Shown here: positions 56,717 through 64,000 of the stretch, one piece after another | How positions within the stretch are numbered: the stretch's first letter is position 1 | Layout: each line of letters opens with the position of its first letter | Made by a program: the position numbers and the translations under genes | From: Anaerohalosphaeraceae bacterium | GTDB lineage: Bacteria; Planctomycetota; Phycisphaerae; Sedimentisphaerales; Anaerohalosphaeraceae | NCBI GenBank assembly: GCA_963675525.2 | Contig: CAXXSL010000002.1 | Location: 1-64,000 of the forward strand | Length of the DNA stretch: 64,000 nt | Reading direction: 5' to 3' | The notes under the pieces: generated by a model | What the model saw: the letters and a program-made list of their open reading frames with translations, nothing else | Databases searched by the model: none | Told to the model about the DNA's origin: nothing

Positions 56717-56980
56717 TGAGGAAGGTTATTTCGTCCCATAAAGTATCGGGTGCTTAGCCGGATGCTAATTGCGGCGAAATTAACAAGGCCACTGTGTAGC
56801 CATAAGTCTTTTTTTTTAAACAACTTGCAATTTTTTTTTAACTAAACATAAACATACAATGTCTTTTCCACAATAACCATAAAGTAGGAATTCCTTTTTT
56901 CCGATGATTTATGCAATGTGCAGAAATCCAATGTGGTCTACTTAGCATTTTACGATAGATTTCAGATAAAGGAGATTAAA

Positions 56981-58286
56981 ATGATTAATGCCAGATGTAT
57001 TCGAGCCATCGTTTTTTTACTTTCGGTCGTTTCCTTCCTGATGTTGGCATCTCCGCTGCAGGCAGAACCGCTGCAAATGGCGCATGGCTGGAGCGTGAAT
57101 CCCCAGGGAGGAAACGTTGCCGCTGATGAAGCGATTACGATGATGCTCAAAACAGTCAAAAAGCCGAGGTTTATCGTTCTCTATACGACAGCTGACTATG
57201 GCGAACAGGAGATCGTTCAGACATTACGCAATCGCTTCCCCGACGCAAAGTTGTTTGGAACCAACGTCTACAAGGGTGTTTTCTCATCGGATGGATTGCA
57301 TATTGGCCAAAAGGGTTCGCTGGCGATCATGGGATTCGCCGGCGGCGATCTTCAATTCGGCGTCAGCGCAAGGAAAGTCGAAGAGGGCGCCGATGTTGTC
57401 GCTCTGACAAAGGACGCGATCGCGGATGCAGCAAAGGATGCAGGCAAATCGCCTGAAGATAAACCCTCTGTGATTCTTCTGGGAGCCACAAAGGGAAAGG
57501 AAGATGCGATTGTCACAGGAATCAGCGATGCCTTTGCATGCGATATTCCGCTGATCGGCGGAACCCACTGCACCGACGTATTTGGACATGGGTATGTCAT
57601 CGAAACCGACAACATGTATAATCCGGGCCTGATTGTCGGGCTGATCTATTCAGAGGCTAAGATCGGCGCGTCTTTTTACGCCGGATTTATTGGAAGAAAG
57701 AAGTCCGGGACGATAACCGAAGGAGACGGACGCTTGCTCCAAAAAATCGATGATAAGCCCGCCCAGGACGTTTACAGGGAATGGGCCAACGGTCACTTTG
57801 ACAACATTGACAGTTCCAAAGAAAGTGTCCTTGTCATGTCCAGCGCCGTGTGTCCATTGGCAAAAGCGATTACACTGCCCGGCGGCGAGATGCGATACAT
57901 CCCCGTTCGTCCCTGGAGGTTCCATCCCGACGGTTCGCTGAACACGGGCCGGGGATATCCATCTTGGAGATACGATATACTACGTTGAGTGTGATAAAAA
58001 AGCACTCCAGAAAAGAGCCGGCATTGTTGCCAGACATGCTTTAGTGGATGGCAGAATCAAGATGAAAGACATTGCGGGAGGACTCCATATTTACTGTGGC
58101 GGAGCAGCCAAGACCCTGGGCCTTGAGGCCGACGGCGAAACAGACAAAATGGTCAGAGAGATTAAAAAGGCAATGGGCGGAAAACCATTTATCGGCGGCT
58201 TCACCGCCGGAGAACAGGGCAACATTCCCGGATATGGGTACTTCCATGGTAATTTAATGAGCTCCATGGTTATCTTTTCAGAATAG
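56981..58286 (+). pseudogene. FIST-domain signal protein with N-terminal signal peptide, one frameshift near 57950
   Basis: IPLIGG, IDDKPA..VY, continuing GDIHLGDTIYYVE..., YCGG and PFIGGFTAGEQG..HGNL (FIST_C). Confidence 0.8.
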
Positions 58287-58331
58287 AAAAATCAAGTTAC
58301 GTGTTCTCCGAATGCCTAAGGTAACGATAAG

Positions 58332-60446
58332 ATGAAGATAACCCTGAAAAGCCGGATATTCTTACTTGTATCGATACTTGTCTTATCATCGATGCTGGCA
58401 CTGACCTTTGGGCTGCTGAATGGTCTGGGCAACAGACTCCGCAAGGATTTCAAAACAAGGGGTTCCGTCATCGTCAGCTACTTTGTCCGAAATTCGGCCG
58501 AGGGAATCATCATCGAAGATGCGGATGGACTGGCCCAAACCATCGAGAGTCTGTTTGAGATCGAGCATATTGTATACGCAATGATTTACGATGCCGAAGG
58601 AACACGCATTGCCGGCAGAGAGACCTTGTATGTGGATCACATATTTTCGTTTGGAATGACGGATCATACCGACGAAATAGACATCAGGCAGATTATCGCC
58701 GGTAAGAATAACGATGTTCCGGTGCTGGATTTTAAGGCCCCGGTTATTGACGAGTTAGGTCGATACGTCGGAAGCGTACAAGTGGGGATCAGCCTTGCGA
58801 GCATTCAGGTTGAAATTCAAAAAATGGCAACTCGTGCGATGACACTGCTGGCAATATTTATCGCCATCGGTTTCGTCGCTTCTTTTCTTGTTGCCAACAG
58901 CATTGCAAGCCCGATTTCGAAACTGGTTGCTGTAACAGGCTTCGTCGCCAAAGGGGATCTTTCTCAACGGGTGAACATTAGATCAAATGATGAAATCGGT
59001 GTCTTGGGGAAATCCTTTAATAGCATGACGGAGTATTTACAAAAAACAACGACATCTATAGAGAGTCTGAATACAGCCAACCAGCGATTAGAATCTGAAA
59101 TCGCCGATCGCCAAAAACTCCAATTGCGTGACAAGAGGCTGAACCAACTCCAGAAAAAGCTTTTAGAGTCGGGCACCCTGAACAGTAAAATGAATCTGAT
59201 TACCGATGCATTAGTTCCGCTGGTGGGTGCTGATTTCGCTCGAATCTGGTTAATCGATAAAGGAGATCGGTGTGAAAACTGTTCGAATGCTGATGCAGCG
59301 GATGAACAGAATCGGTGCAAATATCGCGACAAATGCCTGCACCTTGTAGCAAGTTCCGGCAGATACACCCACATTGACGGCGACCATGCCAGGGTGCCAT
59401 TCGGCTGTTATAAAATTGGACTTATTGCTTCCGGCGAAGAGGATAGGTTTCTGACGAACGAAGTTATGACAGATTCGCGTGTCCATAACAATCAATGGGC
59501 GGCTGAACTTGGGCTTGTCTCTTTTGCCGGGTATAAACTTTGTGACGCCAAAGGCCAAACGATTGGTGTGATGGCGATATTTGCCGATTACGAAATTGAT
59601 CCTATGATAGATGATTTTCTTTATAGTATATCCCACACCGCATCACAGGTGATCATCAGTAAGCAAGCCGAAAGATTGCTAAAGGCGGCAAAAAAGGAGG
59701 CCGAAGCAGCCAATATAGCCAAGAGCCAGTTTTTGGCTAATATGAGCCATGAGATTCGTACACCCATGAATTCTATAATTGGTTTCAACGAGTTGCTGAC
59801 AGATGAAAACCTGTCCGATGAACAACAAATGTATATTGATGTTGTGAATGATTCCAGCCATAATCTGCTCAGACTCATAGACGATATTTTGGATTTTTCC
59901 AAGATCGAAGCCGGTCAACTTGACACTGAAATTGTTGAATTCTCATTGGCCAAGCTGCTCCACTCCATTGGGGCATTGATGGAACCGAAGGTCGTTGAAA
60001 AAGGGCTTAAATTTGAAGTTATAATCAGCGGCTCTCTGCCTGCACAAATACGCTCTGATCCCTCTCGCCTGCGTCAATGCTTGCTTAATCTTGTTAATAA
60101 CGCGATTAAATTTACGGAAAAAGGACATGTTTATTTAAATGTTTCACTCGAATATGGCTCTGAGAACGAACCGTTTATCAGATTCGACGTTGAGGATACC
60201 GGCATCGGTGTCGCGCCTGAAAAGCATGAATTGATATTTGAATCATTCACTCAGGCAGACGGAGACACGACTCGTAAGTATGGGGGGACAGGACTCGGAT
60301 TGACCATTACCAAACAGCTCACAGAGCTTATGGGCGGGACACTTACTTTAACAAGCGAAATTGGTCAAGGCTCTGTCTTCTCAATCGTTATACCCGCAGG
60401 CGTTGAGATAACAACGCATCCTTATGTTGGACAGGCAGATTGTTAA
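58332..60446 (+). CDS. Sensor histidine kinase (TM, periplasmic domain, HAMP, Cys-rich GAF, HisKA, HATPase)
   Basis: [50 protein letters not shown]; no receiver domain. Confidence 0.9.
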   Translation: MKITLKSRIFLLVSILVLSSMLALTFGLLNGLGNRLRKDFKTRGSVIVSYFVRNSAEGIIIEDADGLAQTIESLFEIEHIVYAMIYDAEGTRIAGRETLYVDHIFSFGMTDHTDEIDIRQIIAGKNNDVPVLDFKAPVIDELGRYVGSVQVGISLASIQVEIQKMATRAMTLLAIFIAIGFVASFLVANSIASPISKLVAVTGFVAKGDLSQRVNIRSNDEIGVLGKSFNSMTEYLQKTTTSIESLNTANQRLESEIADRQKLQLRDKRLNQLQKKLLESGTLNSKMNLITDALVPLVGADFARIWLIDKGDRCENCSNADAADEQNRCKYRDKCLHLVASSGRYTHIDGDHARVPFGCYKIGLIASGEEDRFLTNEVMTDSRVHNNQWAAELGLVSFAGYKLCDAKGQTIGVMAIFADYEIDPMIDDFLYSISHTASQVIISKQAERLLKAAKKEAEAANIAKSQFLANMSHEIRTPMNSIIGFNELLTDENLSDEQQMYIDVVNDSSHNLLRLIDDILDFSKIEAGQLDTEIVEFSLAKLLHSIGALMEPKVVEKGLKFEVIISGSLPAQIRSDPSRLRQCLLNLVNNAIKFTEKGHVYLNVSLEYGSENEPFIRFDVEDTGIGVAPEKHELIFESFTQADGDTTRKYGGTGLGLTITKQLTELMGGTLTLTSEIGQGSVFSIVIPAGVEITTHPYVGQADC

Positions 60447-60571
60447 TGGTCACGCGATGTTGTGAACCATGAGGCCCCCCTTTCAGCACCATATTCTCTC
60501 CAGATGACGATGAAAGGACGTTAAATTTAACCCAAACACATTATCTCTCAATAATAATACAAAAAGTTTTC

Positions 60572-60601
60572 TTGCAAAGTGCCCGATACCTCGTATATAA
60601 T
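60572..60601 (+). promoter_or_regulatory. Sigma70 promoter of the leu operon
   Basis: TTGCAA (60572-60577), 18 bp, TATAAT (60596-60601). Confidence 0.55.
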
Positions 60602-60608
60602 AACACTC

Positions 60609-60689
60609 ATGAAGCAGGACAATGAATATCGTGTTTTCAACTCAGCCGTTATCGCCGGCCTGCTGATTCTGCGCCCCTGCGGCGCATAA
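60609..60689 (+). CDS. Putative leu operon leader peptide (26 aa)
   Basis: MKQDNEYRVFNSAVIAGLLILRPCGA*; V/I/L cluster near the end; directly upstream of leuA. Confidence 0.6.
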   Translation: MKQDNEYRVFNSAVIAGLLILRPCGA

Positions 60690-60851
60690 ACTACCCTACA
60701 TACTCTAAATAGACCCTTTTTAAACTTTCCATTGGATTTTTGCGCCTTTTTTGCGCATAATAGGCCCCTTATTTTGCGGGTCAGGTCTGTCGAATTAATA
60801 TCGGACAGAAACCGGCTTGTTTTTAGCTCTATATGAGCATAGGAGTTAGCG

Positions 60852-62429
60852 ATGTCTAAAGATAAAGTGATGATATTTGATACGACGCTGCGTGACGGCG
60901 AGCAGGCCGCGGGCAGTCGGCTTGGTGTACGTGAAAAGCTCGAAATTGCCCGTCAATTGGCCCGATTGGGCGTTGATGTTATCGAAGCGGGTTTTCCCAT
61001 TTCGTCGCCGAAAGATTTTGAGGCGGTAGAATTAATCTCCAAAGAGATTAAAGGACCGGAGATTTGCGGGCTTTCGCGTGCGGTTTTGGCGGATATTGAT
61101 GCCTGCGGCAAGGCGCTGGCCACGGCCAAACGCAGCCGGATCCATACGGGTCTGGGTATTTCGGATATCCATATCGCTGGTAAGTTCGGTGATGAAAAAT
61201 ATGGCAAGACACTTGGTGAAAAAAAGGCCAAGGCGATCGAGATGGCGGTCGCGGCGGTTAAACACGCCCGTCAGTACACTGACTCAGTGGAGTTTTATAC
61301 CGAAGATTCCGGACGGGCCGAACCGGCGTATCTCTATGAGATACTGGAAGCGGTGATTGACGCCGGGGCGACTGTGTTGAATATTCCGGATACGACCGGC
61401 TATGCGATTCCATACGAGTTTGGAATGCTGATTCGGCAGATTCGAGAAAAAGTTCCGAATATCGACAAGGCGATTATTAGTGCGCATTGTCACGATGACC
61501 TGGGTTTGGCGGTTGCCAATTCATTAGCTGCGGTGCGAAACGGTGCCCGGCAGGTGGAATGCACTATTAACGGCATTGGTGAGCGTGCCGGTAACGCAGC
61601 GATGGAAGAAGTGGTCATGGCGATGCGGACCCGGCAGGATTTCTTCGACGTGGATACTAATATCGTTACGAGCGAGTTTTGCCGCACCAGCCGGATGGTG
61701 GCGGACATGCTGGGCTTTATGGTTCCGCCCAACAAAGCGGTGGTCGGCAGCAACGCCTTTGCGCACAGTTCCGGCATCCATGTGGACGGTGTGCTGAAAA
61801 AACGCGAGACCTACGAAATCATGAAGCCTGAAGACGTGGGCGCGCATAAGACCAAGGTGGTGTTGACGGCTCGGACGGGCCGGCATGGTCTGCGGCATCG
61901 TCTTGAAGAGATGGGTTATTCGCTGTCGAAGGAAGAACTTGAGAATATTTATGAGCGATTCCTGGTGGTGGCGGATAAGAAACGGGAAGTTTTTGACGAG
62001 GATATCGCGGCACTGATCGGCGACGAAGCCCGCATGGTCGACCAGGCGTATCATCTGGAGTACCTGAGTGTGACCAGCGGTACGGGTACGCTGCCGACCG
62101 GTGCGGTGAAGATTCGGTTGCCGGACGGGGAAATCCGTCAGGCGGCGGCCTGCGGTGACGGCCCGGTCGATGCGGCCTACGAGGCGATTCGTCAGGCGAC
62201 GGGACAATCGCCCGTGCTGGACAACTACAACATTCGGGCGATTACCGGCGGCAAAGAAGCGATGGGCGAAGCGACGGTGCGGATCGAGAACGAAGCGGGC
62301 CGGACGTTCATCGGACGCGGCGTTTCGACGGATATCATTGAAGCCAGCGCCAAAGCCTATGTGGATGCGATTAACCGGATGGTAGCGGTCAAGGGCGATA
62401 GCGACGAAGAAACAAAAATTGAGTTGTAA
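60852..62429 (+). CDS. leuA: 2-isopropylmalate synthase
   Basis: DTTLRDGEQ, IEAGFP, PDTTG, HCHDDLG, NGIGERAGN, AHSSGIH.DG, GDGPVDA, C-terminal regulatory domain. Confidence 0.95.
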   Translation: MSKDKVMIFDTTLRDGEQAAGSRLGVREKLEIARQLARLGVDVIEAGFPISSPKDFEAVELISKEIKGPEICGLSRAVLADIDACGKALATAKRSRIHTGLGISDIHIAGKFGDEKYGKTLGEKKAKAIEMAVAAVKHARQYTDSVEFYTEDSGRAEPAYLYEILEAVIDAGATVLNIPDTTGYAIPYEFGMLIRQIREKVPNIDKAIISAHCHDDLGLAVANSLAAVRNGARQVECTINGIGERAGNAAMEEVVMAMRTRQDFFDVDTNIVTSEFCRTSRMVADMLGFMVPPNKAVVGSNAFAHSSGIHVDGVLKKRETYEIMKPEDVGAHKTKVVLTARTGRHGLRHRLEEMGYSLSKEELENIYERFLVVADKKREVFDEDIAALIGDEARMVDQAYHLEYLSVTSGTGTLPTGAVKIRLPDGEIRQAAACGDGPVDAAYEAIRQATGQSPVLDNYNIRAITGGKEAMGEATVRIENEAGRTFIGRGVSTDIIEASAKAYVDAINRMVAVKGDSDEETKIEL

Positions 62430-62438
62430 ATAATATTT

Positions 62439-62511
62439 AACCATGAAGTACATGAAGCAAATGAAGAATTAATTTTATTTTTACTTTATGCTCTTCATGG
62501 CCTTCATGGTT
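62439..62511. repeat. Mirrored 9-bp-period palindromic element between leuA and leuC
   Basis: CATGAAG/CATGAAG/AATGAAG at 62442, 62451, 62460, mirrored by CTTTATG/CTTCATG/CTTCATG at 62484, 62493, 62502. Confidence 0.7.
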
Positions 62512-62545
62512 GATTTAAGTTGAAATGAAACGGAGATAGCAAACA

Positions 62546-63808
62546 ATGCCAATGACAATAACAGAAAAGATATTTGCACGTGCTGCCGGCAAGAGCAGCG
62601 TAAAGGCCGGTGACCTGGTCAATGCCAAAGTGGACGGCATCATGTGTCACGATGTGACGACACCGCCGGCGATATCAATGCTGCAAGAAAAAGGCATCGA
62701 CAAGGTCTTCGATGTGGAAAAGCTGTACGTGACGCCGGACCATTTTCAGCCGCCGAAAGATATTAAAAGTGCCGAACTGCATAAGCGGCTGGACAAATGG
62801 GCGCGGGAAAAGAAATTGCCGTACTATTACCCGCTCGGCAAGGCGGGCGTTTGTCATGCGCTGCTGCCGGAGCAGGGACACATTCGTCCCGGCGAAGTAA
62901 TCGTTGGCGGTGATTCACATACGTGTACCTATGGGGCGTTCGGCTGTTTTTCTGCGGGGATCGGTTCGACTGATCTGGCGGCGGCGATCGCCACGGGCGA
63001 GTTGTGGTTTAAAGTCCCTGCCTCCATGCGGTTTACGCTGAACGGTTCGCTGCCGAAAGGCGTTTACAGTAAAGATGTGGTTCTTGAGGTGATCCGCCGT
63101 ATCGGGACTGATGGTGCATTATATAAAGCCATCGAGTATGTCGGTCCTGCGCTTAAAGAAATGAGCATGGAAGCCCGGATGACAATTACGAACATGGCGA
63201 TCGAGGCCGGCGGCAAGAATGCGATCATGGCCTGTGATGAGGTGACGGAAGACTACCTTAAGGGACGTCTTAAAGGCAAACAGGATTATACACCGGTCGA
63301 ATCGGATGCTGACGCCGAGTATGTGCATGAAGATACGATCGATTGCTCGAAACTGGAGCCCCTGGTGGCATTTCCGCATTTACCCAGTGACGGCCGGCCG
63401 ATCAGCGAGTGTGCGGGTCACGAAATGGACCAGTGCTACCTCGGAAGCTGTACGAACGGACGCATCGAGGATTTCCGGATTGCTGCAAGTATTATGAAGG
63501 GCAAAACGGTTAAGATTCGCACGTTGGTTGTGCCGACGACGCCGGAAGTCTGGAAGCAGGCGAACGATGAAGGCTTGTTTGATATCTTCTACGATGCCGG
63601 CTGTGTCATCAGTGCGCCGACGTGCGGGGCATGTCTCGGCGGATTCATGGGCGTGCTGGGTGCGGAGGAAAGATGCGTCAGTACAACCAACCGCAACTTC
63701 GTCGGTCGGATGGGACACCCGACCAGCGAAGTGTATCTGTGTAACCCTGCAACGGCGGCCGCAAGTGCCGTTGAAGGCAAGCTTGCCGACCCGAGAAAGT
63801 ATCTTTGA
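62546..63808 (+). CDS. leuC: 3-isopropylmalate dehydratase large subunit
   Basis: [49 protein letters not shown]. Confidence 0.93.
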   Translation: MPMTITEKIFARAAGKSSVKAGDLVNAKVDGIMCHDVTTPPAISMLQEKGIDKVFDVEKLYVTPDHFQPPKDIKSAELHKRLDKWAREKKLPYYYPLGKAGVCHALLPEQGHIRPGEVIVGGDSHTCTYGAFGCFSAGIGSTDLAAAIATGELWFKVPASMRFTLNGSLPKGVYSKDVVLEVIRRIGTDGALYKAIEYVGPALKEMSMEARMTITNMAIEAGGKNAIMACDEVTEDYLKGRLKGKQDYTPVESDADAEYVHEDTIDCSKLEPLVAFPHLPSDGRPISECAGHEMDQCYLGSCTNGRIEDFRIAASIMKGKTVKIRTLVVPTTPEVWKQANDEGLFDIFYDAGCVISAPTCGACLGGFMGVLGAEERCVSTTNRNFVGRMGHPTSEVYLCNPATAAASAVEGKLADPRKYL

Positions 63809-63811
63809 GAG

Positions 63812-63845
63812 AAACTCTAAATTCTAATCTCTAAACCCTAAACAA
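63812..63845 (+). repeat. Degenerate 7-bp tandem repeats upstream of the four-helix-bundle gene
   Basis: AAACTCT AAATTCT AATCTCT AAACCCT. Confidence 0.65.
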
Positions 63846-63851
63846 ATACAA

Positions 63852-64000
63852 ATGACAGAAACTCAAAATACAAAACAGTACGACCTTGAGGACAGGACGC
63901 TTGAATTTGCACGGTGCGTGAGGGGTTTTGTAAAGAGATTAGATCGAACGTTGGCGAACATAGAAGATGGCAAACAGCTTATAAGGTCTTCCGGGTCAGT
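63852..64000 (+). CDS. Four helix bundle protein (23S rRNA IVS-protein/TIGR02436-like), truncated at the window edge
   Basis: MTETQNTKQYDLEDRTLEFARCVRGFVKRLDRTLANIEDGKQLIRSSGS...; DL.ERT..FA and QL.RS..S motifs. Confidence 0.8.
   Translation, partial: MTETQNTKQYDLEDRTLEFARCVRGFVKRLDRTLANIEDGKQLIRSSGS

Noticed and set aside
61524..62453. 309-aa minus-strand ORF
   Set aside because: Antisense shadow of leuA

Overview
Bacterial chromosomal window, most likely from a Planctomycetota (Phycisphaerae-like) genome. This is inferred from a BlaR1/M56 multidomain fusion, DUF1559-like motifs, LRR proteins and a PEP-CTERM protein. Housekeeping genes (ktrAB, rluD, fumarase alpha subunit, rsmA, pdxA, ribE, a ThyA-like gene, phoA-like, leuA, leuC) alternate with accessory modules. 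The standout is a ~13 kb minus-strand operon (29.4-42.6 kb). It has a BlaI repressor with three TACGAA-N4-TTCGTA operators, a BlaR1/M56 protease fused to a pilin-like DUF1559 module and a secretin-like domain, an LRR protein with two secretin-like domains, three paralogous ~340-aa exported proteins and an orphan secretin C-terminal remnant. Other signals read from the DNA: a variable gene slot between a CDP-alcohol phosphotransferase gene and an lnt-like gene that appears to hold two alleles in tandem (stubs of both flanking genes at the junction); a covarying REP doublet inserted in frame in the lnt-like gene; a PmrA-like box beside an ArnT/ICMT envelope-modification module; a MarR operator pair; a leaderless Leu/Ile/Val leader peptide before leuA; an exported FIST protein beside a kinase with a Cys-rich GAF domain; and a four-helix-bundle gene preceded by 7-bp repeats. 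Several genes carry clustered single-base frameshifts that may be long-read errors. I saw no rRNA, tRNA, CRISPR array, integrase or transposase. All family assignments come from motif recognition by eye, with no database search.
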